Source: Deltaproteobacteria bacterium (GTDB taxonomy: Bacteria; Desulfobacterota; Dissulfuribacteria; Dissulfuribacterales; QOAL01). Taken from it: 64,000 bases of DNA. The notes beneath the pieces were generated by a model that had not been told where the DNA came from, made no database searches, and worked only from the letters and a program-made list of their open reading frames with translations. A program made the position numbers and the translations under genes. Location of the stretch: positions 863 to 64,862 of the forward strand of contig JAJRZR010000044.1 of the NCBI GenBank assembly GCA_024275145.1, in the 5' to 3' direction. Each line of letters begins with the position of its first letter. Positions within the stretch are counted from its first letter, which is position 1. Below are positions 37,643 to 46,254 of this stretch, one piece after another.

Positions 37643-38656
37643 ATGTCGGAACACAAAAGACAGCGGGTATTGAGCGGTATGCGCCCCTCTGGTAAATTGC
37701 ACCTCGGACACCTGCACGGTGTGCTGAGCAACTGGAAAAGGTTGCAGGACACCTACGATTGTTTCTTTTTCGTAGCGGACTGGCATGCCTTGACCACCAA
37801 TTACGAAAGGCCTTACGAGATTCCAGCAAACATTGATGAAATGCTCCTGGATTGGCTTGCTGTGGGTATCGATCCCGAGAAGGCGACCATCTTTGTGCAG
37901 TCGGAGATAAAGGAACATGCCGAGCTTCACCTACTTCTGTCCATGATCACCCCACTTTCCTGGCTTGAACGCAATCCTACCTATAAGGAGCAGCGTCAAG
38001 AGTTAAAGGAAAAGGACCTGGCCACGTACGGTTTCCTTGGTTACCCGGTGCTCCAGTCTGCCGATATCATCATGTACAAGGCCAACAAGGTCCCGGTCGG
38101 TGTGGATCAACTCCCCCACGTGGAACTTACCCGTGAGATTACCCGGCGATTCAATTACCTCTATGGTGAGGTATTCCCAGTGCCCGATCCGCTTCTGGCA
38201 GAGGTTCCAAAGCTTCCAGGGCTGGATGGCAGGAAGATGAGTAAGAGTTACGGGAATGCCATCTTCCTATCCGATCCCCCAGAAGTAGTGGAAAAGAAGG
38301 TAGCCACCATGGTCACCGATATTGAGCGCCCTAGACGTTCCGATCCTGGTGACCCAGAAAAGAGGTGTGTGGCCTTCAATCTCCACAAGCTCTATCTTTC
38401 CAGGGAGAGGCTTGAACAGATCATAGATGATTGTAAGTCCGCAAGACTCGGTTGCGTCCAGTGCAAAAGGGAGCTTGCCCATGCAATCATCGAGGCCTTG
38501 AGTCCCATATGGAAACGCCGTGAGTCCCTGGCCGCCAGGCCTGAGAGGGTCAAAGAGATATTGGCCCTTGGTGCAAAGAGGGCCAGAGGAGTGGCGGCAG
38601 ATACCATGTCCCAGGCGAGGAGCGCCCTGTGGACCCGGAATGTCAGGTCAGATTAA
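37643..38656 (+). CDS. trpS: Tryptophan--tRNA ligase
   Basis: SGMRPSGKLHLGHLHG (HIGH) and KMSKS motifs. Confidence 0.92.
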   Translation: MSEHKRQRVLSGMRPSGKLHLGHLHGVLSNWKRLQDTYDCFFFVADWHALTTNYERPYEIPANIDEMLLDWLAVGIDPEKATIFVQSEIKEHAELHLLLSMITPLSWLERNPTYKEQRQELKEKDLATYGFLGYPVLQSADIIMYKANKVPVGVDQLPHVELTREITRRFNYLYGEVFPVPDPLLAEVPKLPGLDGRKMSKSYGNAIFLSDPPEVVEKKVATMVTDIERPRRSDPGDPEKRCVAFNLHKLYLSRERLEQIIDDCKSARLGCVQCKRELAHAIIEALSPIWKRRESLAARPERVKEILALGAKRARGVAADTMSQARSALWTRNVRSD

Positions 38657-39390
38657 ATGCCTTTGAAGGCCCTTTGGACCTTCTTCTTCACCTTATTAAC
38701 AAGAATAAGCTGGATATCGCCGATATCCCCATCTCCCTTGTCACCAATCAGTACCTGGAGTACCTGGAGCTGATGAAGGCCTTGGATATAGTGGTGGCAG
38801 GAGAGTATCTGGTCATGGCTGCAACCCTTATGCACATCAAGTCCAGGATGTTGCTGCCAAGGCCTGAGGATAGCGAGGCATCCGAAGACCCTCGGCTTGA
38901 GATAGTCAGGCCGCTTCAGGAGCTGGCCATGGTGAGGGAATTGGCAAATGCACTGGATAGCAGGCCGGTGCTGGGCAGGGACGTATTCGTCAGGGAGCAG
39001 GCCCTGGCCCTCGATGGCCGGATCGGACTGGAGGATGGGATCCATGGTAAAGTGGATGCCACGCTGCATGCGTATACGTGCGAGGCAGGCCTTGCAGATC
39101 TATTGACCGCCTTGAAGCGTGTCCTTGGACGACAATCTTTGCCAAGGGCAATAGAAATAACGAGGGCCCGGGCAACCCTTTCCGAAAGAATGGAGAGCCT
39201 GTCCAGGGAACTCGATATGAGAGGACACCTCAGTTTCTTTGAATTGTTTCCGGTTTCTGACCGATCCTTTATCATAGTTACCTTCCTTGCCGTTCTTGAA
39301 CTTGCAAGGCAGTCGATTGTAAGGATAGTACAGGAAGGGGAGGGCAGGGATATAAGGATATTCAAGAGGTCCCGCCAGGCTGCCCCCTGA
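38629..39390 (+). CDS. scpA: Segregation and condensation protein A
   Basis: FEGPLDLLLHLI...DI.I..VT.QYL signature. Confidence 0.85.
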   Translation: MDPECQVRLNAFEGPLDLLLHLINKNKLDIADIPISLVTNQYLEYLELMKALDIVVAGEYLVMAATLMHIKSRMLLPRPEDSEASEDPRLEIVRPLQELAMVRELANALDSRPVLGRDVFVREQALALDGRIGLEDGIHGKVDATLHAYTCEAGLADLLTALKRVLGRQSLPRAIEITRARATLSERMESLSRELDMRGHLSFFELFPVSDRSFIIVTFLAVLELARQSIVRIVQEGEGRDIRIFKRSRQAAP

Positions 39391-39511
39391 ACTTCTTGCG
39401 GCAGTGCCCGATGTTTTCCCTTGCAAGGGCTCCCTGTCTCGTTAGGGATCGATACGGCTCCAAGAGGGCGCAGACGGTATATGTGAACCTCCACCAGATT
39501 GGGCGATATAG

Positions 39512-41791
39512 CTATCGACCTGTACCCCAGCCCCCTATACCCAGGAGTTCCAGATGTAGGGTTATGCTGGTTTCATAGTTGTCGTGCTTTAGCCTGCCCT
39601 CCAGCGCCCAACAGTTTGACTGGTAACGAAGCCCATAGGTGGATTCCAGCTCGCTTCTCTTCGCAAAGGATTGCTTCAGGTGATAGATTCCATACCACGA
39701 TGGAGAAATCACTGCCCACAAATCCAGGTTTAATTCGTTGATGTCCGTAAGATCGTGATAACGGTAGACGATGTCCAGACGATCCCCAGCAGTACTGCCA
39801 AGATGTGCCAACAGGTTATAGGTAGTGAACCCCTTTCCATAGAAATTATAGGTGGTGTCGTACCTAAGGAAATATTTTGGATCAGGCCTGAACTCCAGCT
39901 CTGCATAGGCATCTGACAGGGGCCTCCTTTTCGTTCCATGGGGCAAGGCCCTTATACTTTCCCTGATATCGAAACGCTGCCTGAACACGAAGCGTACTAT
40001 ATCGGCATAGGCATAACGGTCTCTGCCAATGGTCCTTTTAGTGCTCAGAAAGGAGAGCAGGGATAATGTGATACGGTTTAGCGGCTCCAGCCTGTCTATA
40101 CCGAAATGTTCCGATGTCTCGAGGGCAGTGATATAAGAGGTGTGATCCAATGACTCCGAGCCGCCGGCAACATCTATTTCTGGTATGTCTTTTTGGTTTT
40201 TAGGAGGGCGATATTCGTAGGTAAGCCTTGGCCTTATAGTATGACGCATGGTCAGGGTGGCAGATGGGTGGTAAAGCCGTGCAAAGCTCTTGCTGGCATC
40301 TGCCTCCAGTTTATACAGCAATCTATTCTTGGTGTTGGCAGGTTCCTTGACCTCGTGGCTGGATCCACCGGCATGGCTGTGTCCGCTGGTCTGGTAGAAG
40401 GTCTCCTCTATGGTGGTGCTAAGAAGCAGATTGGCCCACCCGGCCATATCAATCGGCAGAGATATCCTGGGGGCAAGGTGTATCCTTTGTTCCCTGGAAC
40501 CCGCCTCACGCCAATAATTTACATAGGAGGCCTCTCCATCATAGAATAACGGGGTGTTGAGAAGCCTTGTTCGGAAACCATGAAGGACAAACAGGGGTAT
40601 CGTCTGTATGGTCTGGTCCTGCTTCCCCTCCTGATTGTCGTTGTATCGACCCTCTGAACCGATGAAGCTGTCCAGGTAGTTCCTGGTGATTTGCAGGGTT
40701 GAGGGCCGGTTGAGATCCGTATCGTCCACCAGTGAGCGGTCAAAGGCCTTTCTGAAGGTCCTGTTGGTCTTTGTGTAGCCCATAGGGCCATAATCGAACT
40801 CCTGGAGATAGTCCCGATCGCTGACCATGTCGACGTCCAGTTTTGCCTGGAATCCGAGCGGTAATTGCTGGTTAAGCTTGCCCCTTAGCCACCATCGCTT
40901 TTCGTTTCCCCTTATGATCTTGTCGTTGTTGTAGTCTCGGTCTTCCTTGGTATCCACCAGGTAATTGAAACGAAAGATACCCTTGTCTCTGTCTGAGAAT
41001 ACATGCCTGAACTCTATGCCTTCCATCCATCCCCTGTTGGACATGATGTGTTGATAGAACGTGGCATCCATACTGTCGTTTATGGCCAGGAAAAATGGTA
41101 TATTTATACCTGTACCATTCCTTTTGGTGGTGGAAAAATAGGGCAAGAGGAAGCCTGTCTTGCGGTATTTGTTTATTGGCATTACCACCCAGGGGGAATA
41201 AAATACGGGAATATTTCTTATATTGAATGTCGTGTGCCTGGCCACCGCGTTGCCGGCAATCGTAAGCCTCAAATCCCGGCATCTTATACTCCATGCCTGC
41301 CTGGGCAGTGGGCAGGTGCTGATGGTGGCCTCCTCTGCCTTGTATTCTTCTGGGCCGGTCTTCCACAGTTTCCCTGCAGTCAGGTGTATGTTGTTTCTTT
41401 GCAGGAACAGATGGGCGTTTTCTACCGAGCCGGTCCGGGTCGCCAGGTTCAATTCCCCCTCGCTACCGTTGAGCACGTCCTGTCCCATGTGGATTACGAC
41501 CGATCCATTGGCCTTTACCTTTTCATGGATCTTATCATACAGGATGGTATCTGCGGAAATTCTGAGGTTGCCACGCCAGACCTTCACCCCGCCCTGGGCC
41601 AGAATAACGCCGGTATCCTGGTAGAAGGTCATACGCTCTGCCTTGATATGCCAGGGCTCGCTGCGGTATCCCTGTCGGGATGTCCCGGGTGCTGTGGAGC
41701 AGAGTCCGGGGGAGTAGCCTGCCATCGATAATACGATGAATGACAAGGTGGAGAGAAACCCTATTTTTAGAAGAAGGGGTAGGTGATTCAT
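39512..41791 (-). CDS. lptD: LPS-assembly outer-membrane protein LptD
   Basis: Signal peptide, OstA-like N-domain, large beta-barrel, 759 aa. Confidence 0.8.
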   Translation of the reverse strand: MNHLPLLLKIGFLSTLSFIVLSMAGYSPGLCSTAPGTSRQGYRSEPWHIKAERMTFYQDTGVILAQGGVKVWRGNLRISADTILYDKIHEKVKANGSVVIHMGQDVLNGSEGELNLATRTGSVENAHLFLQRNNIHLTAGKLWKTGPEEYKAEEATISTCPLPRQAWSIRCRDLRLTIAGNAVARHTTFNIRNIPVFYSPWVVMPINKYRKTGFLLPYFSTTKRNGTGINIPFFLAINDSMDATFYQHIMSNRGWMEGIEFRHVFSDRDKGIFRFNYLVDTKEDRDYNNDKIIRGNEKRWWLRGKLNQQLPLGFQAKLDVDMVSDRDYLQEFDYGPMGYTKTNRTFRKAFDRSLVDDTDLNRPSTLQITRNYLDSFIGSEGRYNDNQEGKQDQTIQTIPLFVLHGFRTRLLNTPLFYDGEASYVNYWREAGSREQRIHLAPRISLPIDMAGWANLLLSTTIEETFYQTSGHSHAGGSSHEVKEPANTKNRLLYKLEADASKSFARLYHPSATLTMRHTIRPRLTYEYRPPKNQKDIPEIDVAGGSESLDHTSYITALETSEHFGIDRLEPLNRITLSLLSFLSTKRTIGRDRYAYADIVRFVFRQRFDIRESIRALPHGTKRRPLSDAYAELEFRPDPKYFLRYDTTYNFYGKGFTTYNLLAHLGSTAGDRLDIVYRYHDLTDINELNLDLWAVISPSWYGIYHLKQSFAKRSELESTYGLRYQSNCWALEGRLKHDNYETSITLHLELLGIGGWGTGR

Positions 41792-41836
41792 GTCACAATG
41801 AGGTTAGTATCATAAGGCAGGTGGAGTTTCAATTGC

Positions 41837-42454
41837 TTATGGGCCCAACATGGTAAAAAGCATTATCAGCAATCCACCGGCAAGAAGGCACCAATCCAAC
41901 GGCCGATATCTTGGTAGTGTCAATCCGCTGAATATTACCAGCAAGAGCATGGCGCAGAAGACGTCCGACAATACCACCCATGCCATGTGGGTTTTGAAGG
42001 CCTTGTGGAGGTTGTTGAGCCAGGTCCATGGCTGTCGATATCTTTTGTCTATGCGAAGCATCCTACCATCTCTGGGGTGGATAATATAGGTAGTTTTGCC
42101 ATGGGAACCATAGAGAAATTCAATGGACTCGTCTCCACGTATGCGTATTACCGTTGGATCATCCATCCGGTTGATCTGCTTTTTGTACATGTCTATGAAC
42201 GTTCTCATCACGGACGTGTCTGAGGTGGGTACACTGGATACGGTGACATCCTTTGCAATGAAGAAGGCAAAATACCTCCTGTGATTCAATAGTATACCGG
42301 TAAGACAGTAAAAAATTACAAGCCCTGCCACAACAAGGCCAATCCATCGATGTATTTTTCTCCAGGAGCGTTTGTTGAGCAGGTCAAGGTGTGTCATAAT
42401 CAAGACCTTTCCCGATACATTCTTTGATGCGGAATAAATTCGATCGGCTTTCAA
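41837..42454 (-). CDS. PepSY-associated TM-helix membrane protein
   Basis: WRKIHRWIGLVVAGLVIFYCLTGILLNH motif. The start is possibly at the internal Met (42397). Confidence 0.45.
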   Translation of the reverse strand: MKADRIYSASKNVSGKVLIMTHLDLLNKRSWRKIHRWIGLVVAGLVIFYCLTGILLNHRRYFAFFIAKDVTVSSVPTSDTSVMRTFIDMYKKQINRMDDPTVIRIRGDESIEFLYGSHGKTTYIIHPRDGRMLRIDKRYRQPWTWLNNLHKAFKTHMAWVVLSDVFCAMLLLVIFSGLTLPRYRPLDWCLLAGGLLIMLFTMLGP

Positions 42455-42709
42455 CCCGAATTATGCACTTCAAATGTTGAATAAATAAAATTGTGCTAAA
42501 AATTACAAGAGGTTATAAGCAAATCAGCATCCTCTTCGGTTCACCTAAAGATACATCAACTTCTTAACGAAATCATCCAGCATTTGAAGCTACATGGGGC
42601 CCTCAAGTTTGCCGAAATGACTGCGTTGTCGGGTACTTGAAGTACACAAGTAGGTCTTGCGTGTCCTCCGCCTTGCATCTTCGCTAACTTGCGAACTGCA
42701 TAATCCGGG
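42455..42709 (+). repeat. Full-length copy (255 bp) of the structured intergenic repeat family
   Basis: Termini CCCGAATTATGCA / TGCATAATCCGGG are inverted repeats. The internal pair ACTTCAAATG / CATTTGAAG and the conserved blocks are shared with 14285-14490. Confidence 0.7.
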
Positions 42710-42782
42710 TTCAAAGTACCATTTAGTTGAACATCCATGTATATTAAATGCGCACAACTGTTTTAAATAAAAGAAAAATTAT

Positions 42783-42815
42783 TTCTGTTCGGTGCCTGAA
42801 GTACTAATTTGGGAT
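42783..42815 (-). repeat. Solo inverted head of the intergenic repeat family, 16 nt upstream of the radical-SAM start codon
   Basis: The rc reads ATCCCAAATTAGTACTTCAGGCACCGAACAGAA. Confidence 0.6.
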
Positions 42816-42830
42816 CAAGGTTGAGGACAT

Positions 42831-44165
42831 ATGGCAACCGTCGAATCAAAAGGATCGCCGTCATCCTTCAAAGGCCCAAGGGATATTCCAGCCATGGACA
42901 ATTCCTGCGAAGATACTAGATTTGCCCTGTGGGAAAAAGGGCTCTTTTCATACAAGAAGGTCAGTTATCCGGTTCGTTACGGATGGTTCCATGAGATCGT
43001 GACAAGGCGCTTTACCTGTCAGTTCAATCTGAACGGCGAGCCACGGTTTTTCAAGTTGAACAGCAACGATTGGCCACATCCTGCCGAATGGCTGGGGCGT
43101 ACGCTGGGCAACGATTGGCTGTATCATGCTACCCTTGGATACAGTGATACCTTCAGCCTTACCGGTGAGTATTATTACCCATTTCTGCCATATCCCAGCA
43201 ACAATATATTTCCGGGCTCACCCCTTGGGCTTCCCGTGGTCAGGGATGGCATCAGGATGGCCGGAAACGTGTATTCCGTTGCGGCCTCTTTGTTGGGGCA
43301 GGGCCTAGTGTATGGTGATGCCGAAAGGGCTGCCATGGCCAGGATGGCCAGGTGGTCTCCGGGACGGCTTAGGAAACGTAGCCAGGAGCTCAGGGCGATA
43401 TTGAAGGCTACTGTCCCAGTGTTGCCGCCAGATACCAGACATGTGGCCTATGATGTAATACCAGTCATGGTAATGGAGGGGTGCCTCTTCAACTGCGGTT
43501 TCTGCCAGGTTAAATCCGGGGCTGATTTTCGGGTCAGGACCAGGCATGAGATCGAAGAACAGCTCTACAGGCTTAGGGATTTCTTCGGGGAGGATCTGCT
43601 AAATTACTGTTCGCTCTTTCTTGGGCAGCATGATGGGCTGGCTGCCGGTGTCGAAACGCTGTGCCTTACAGTTGACGCGGCATGGCATATCCTGGACATG
43701 AAGCGTTCCCCTTTCCCCAGGCTCAATATATTCGTATTCGCCAGTGCACGATCTTTCCTTTCATGCAGCCCTGGAGATTTTGATCGCTTGAATGGTCTGG
43801 GTTGCCAGGTCTACATCAATATTGGCCTTGAATCCTTTGATCAGCCTACCCTTGACTATCTCAAGAAACCCATGGGTGCATGCGAGGCAAGGGATGCCTT
43901 CAGCCGGATGATCGAGGTCAACCGTGGCTATTCGAATATTGAGATCAGTGGGAATGTGCTCATCGGGCCGTCACTACCTGATAGCCATATGGATGCGTTG
44001 GAAGAGACCGTTTGCGATCTTCTTCCTAGTTATTATCCAAAGGGCGGACTTTATATCTCTCCCGTGCAGGGTGAAACCAGGAAGCGTTGGGTCATTGAAG
44101 GGCTACATAGGTTAAAGAACCTGAGGCGTATCGATTCCTTTCTCTACTTGATCCGGCGCCTTTGA
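42831..44165 (+). CDS. Radical SAM protein with ~200-aa unrecognised N-terminal domain
   Basis: CLFNCGFC (CxxxCxxC) at about residue 210. GAGGA RBS. Confidence 0.65.
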   Translation: MATVESKGSPSSFKGPRDIPAMDNSCEDTRFALWEKGLFSYKKVSYPVRYGWFHEIVTRRFTCQFNLNGEPRFFKLNSNDWPHPAEWLGRTLGNDWLYHATLGYSDTFSLTGEYYYPFLPYPSNNIFPGSPLGLPVVRDGIRMAGNVYSVAASLLGQGLVYGDAERAAMARMARWSPGRLRKRSQELRAILKATVPVLPPDTRHVAYDVIPVMVMEGCLFNCGFCQVKSGADFRVRTRHEIEEQLYRLRDFFGEDLLNYCSLFLGQHDGLAAGVETLCLTVDAAWHILDMKRSPFPRLNIFVFASARSFLSCSPGDFDRLNGLGCQVYINIGLESFDQPTLDYLKKPMGACEARDAFSRMIEVNRGYSNIEISGNVLIGPSLPDSHMDALEETVCDLLPSYYPKGGLYISPVQGETRKRWVIEGLHRLKNLRRIDSFLYLIRRL

Positions 44166-44209
44166 TCCAGACCTTCATGCCGACTGCTGGCACTTTGTCT
44201 CGTTCGGAA

Positions 44210-44884
44210 TCACCTCTTCATGATATGATTTCGTATGAACATTACCATGTTTATCCTGATGAGCAGGGATAGAGGAAGTGGCTTGGTGACCACCTTTACC
44301 TTGCCCTTTTTTATCGCATCTATGATGGTCTCCGTGTCTGGATAGGCCTCGATCAGGGAATAGGTGGTATTGAACTGGCACCTTTGATGTGCATCAGAGG
44401 TGCCCACGACAGGAAGGCCATGCTGGCGCGCCAGCCGCAGTGCCTTCTTGTTGAAATCAAGGCGGGGGCAATAATGGTGTGACAGCTCTACGGCGTCAAA
44501 GAGTCGTATGTTCTTCCTGAAAAGGGCACGCAGTGCCACGGTACTGGGGAAATAGGGATGGGGTGCAATTATCAGGTTGTCCTGGTCCTTCAGGCCATAG
44601 AGTTCCTCCAGCCTTGCAGGGTTTATGCGGGAGAAGTCAAAGTTCAGAAGTAGCACGTGACGTCCTTGTATCGTGGCCTCCATTCCGGGAATGAGGACAA
44701 TGCCGCGTTCCCTGGCGTAATCCCTGAGATACCTGTTGTAGAGACACGAGTTGTGATTGGTGATGGCGAGTACAGAGTAACCGTATTCCCGTGCCCGGTC
44801 TATCAGGTCCGTGGCACTATAACGTATGGTGTCTTCTGGGTCCTCTGATGTATGGATATGGAGATCGGCTTTTAATAAGGGCAT
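44210..44884 (-). CDS. PHP-domain metal-dependent phosphoesterase
   Basis: KADLHIHTSEDP...LAITNHN...GTSDAH motifs. Confidence 0.75.
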   Translation of the reverse strand: MPLLKADLHIHTSEDPEDTIRYSATDLIDRAREYGYSVLAITNHNSCLYNRYLRDYARERGIVLIPGMEATIQGRHVLLLNFDFSRINPARLEELYGLKDQDNLIIAPHPYFPSTVALRALFRKNIRLFDAVELSHHYCPRLDFNKKALRLARQHGLPVVGTSDAHQRCQFNTTYSLIEAYPDTETIIDAIKKGKVKVVTKPLPLSLLIRINMVMFIRNHIMKR

Positions 44885-44899
44885 ATTTGTTTGGTCGGC

Positions 44900-45403
44900 C
44901 TAACGCGGGTTCCGCCTTACCCCAAGTCTGTAGAGTATGGGAGACAGGATGATGTCAAACAGGATGAAGAGACCTGTTAGCAGGAACACCTCTATCCATG
45001 TCAGACAAAGCTCGGTCCTCAGTATGGCAAGTGAGAACATGGATTCGAGGCCCTGGTCGATCAAGGGAACACTCGCACCGCTTCGAAGTCCCCTTCGTCT
45101 CTTTATGAAGCTGGACAGGAGGTCACCTCCCATGGAAATGGCAGCAAGCTTCATCCCAGGTGCCAGCCCAATACCTGTGAGATTCGAAAATATGCCGGCA
45201 CCGGCAATCGACAGTATAAGACCCCTCCATGTCTTGTGAGGACCGAAGACAGGACGTCCATCCAGCCACCTTATGCCGAGATCCACCGGCGCGGCCATGC
45301 GTTCACCCATGAGCCACCGGCCAAGTATGGGAAGAAAGTTACTCACCCCCAGGATAAGCAGGATCAGGAAATCCTTTTTTAGAAGGGATAAGACGTTATC
45401 CAC
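44900..45403 (-). CDS. CDP-archaeol synthase-like (DUF46/CarS family) membrane protein
   Basis: 167 aa, polytopic. GPHKTWRG and GDLLSSFIKRR motifs. Confidence 0.5.
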   Translation of the reverse strand: MDNVLSLLKKDFLILLILGVSNFLPILGRWLMGERMAAPVDLGIRWLDGRPVFGPHKTWRGLILSIAGAGIFSNLTGIGLAPGMKLAAISMGGDLLSSFIKRRRGLRSGASVPLIDQGLESMFSLAILRTELCLTWIEVFLLTGLFILFDIILSPILYRLGVRRNPR

Positions 45404-45438
45404 GTTGAATATTGATCCGGTCCTGCTAGTTTATAAGA

Positions 45439-46152
45439 CTATATCCTTTCCATTACAATCAGGGTCCTTTTCAGACCGGTGAGAGGTTGCAATGCCTCTA
45501 TGGGCCTGGCCCGGAAGCCCAGTTCATCGAGTGCCTTGGCAGAGTGTTCCAGCTCTTCCATGCCCTTCGGGCCCTTCATGGCAACTACTATCGACCGTCC
45601 TGACATCAACGGTCCTGCCAGCCGGGCGAGATACACGATACTTCCAATTGCCTGGCTTACTATGCAGTCGAATCCGTGCCTGCGCCCCATGATGCCTGGC
45701 GCCTGGCCGTCCCCTATCCTAAGATGTTCTGCCTGGATCCTGGTGAGGCCAAGCCTTGCTATGACATTCTTCAGAAAGGATATCTTTTTCCTGACCGCAT
45801 CAACGAGTACCAGCTCGAGGTCCGGTCGGAGGATCTTGAGGATGAGTCCGGGCACCCCTGCCCCCGTTCCTATATCGAGAACGGATCCCTTGTCCGCTGG
45901 TAGCCACTTGGCCAGAACAAGGGTATCTCCTATGTGCTTCAGTGCCATCTCCTGCCTGGAACGTATGCCTGTAAGATTGACCACTGCATTCCATTGGTGA
46001 AGTTCCTCCAGGTAGATATTGAGCTGGTCTGCTGCCTGGCAGGGCCATGCCCCTCCGGTATCCTTGAGCAGGTGCTCGATTATATCCCTGTGAAGAAGCC
46101 CTTTGTTTGTCTCCATCATGGCAGGAATCCTCCGTGCAGCCCGTATGACCAA
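45439..46152 (-). CDS. rsmG: 16S rRNA (guanine527-N7)-methyltransferase
   Basis: WN..VNLTGIRS....KHI.D and VLDIGTGAGVPGL motifs. Confidence 0.85.
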   Translation of the reverse strand: MVIRAARRIPAMMETNKGLLHRDIIEHLLKDTGGAWPCQAADQLNIYLEELHQWNAVVNLTGIRSRQEMALKHIGDTLVLAKWLPADKGSVLDIGTGAGVPGLILKILRPDLELVLVDAVRKKISFLKNVIARLGLTRIQAEHLRIGDGQAPGIMGRRHGFDCIVSQAIGSIVYLARLAGPLMSGRSIVVAMKGPKGMEELEHSAKALDELGFRARPIEALQPLTGLKRTLIVMERI

Positions 46153-46254
46153 GTGCCGGGGCGAAGAAAATACCGCCCCTATATCCTCACAGTGGGAGGT
46201 CTCTTCCAGATTGGAGGCTATTCGCCAGTAAAAAAACCGCGGGTGTCGCCGCCC

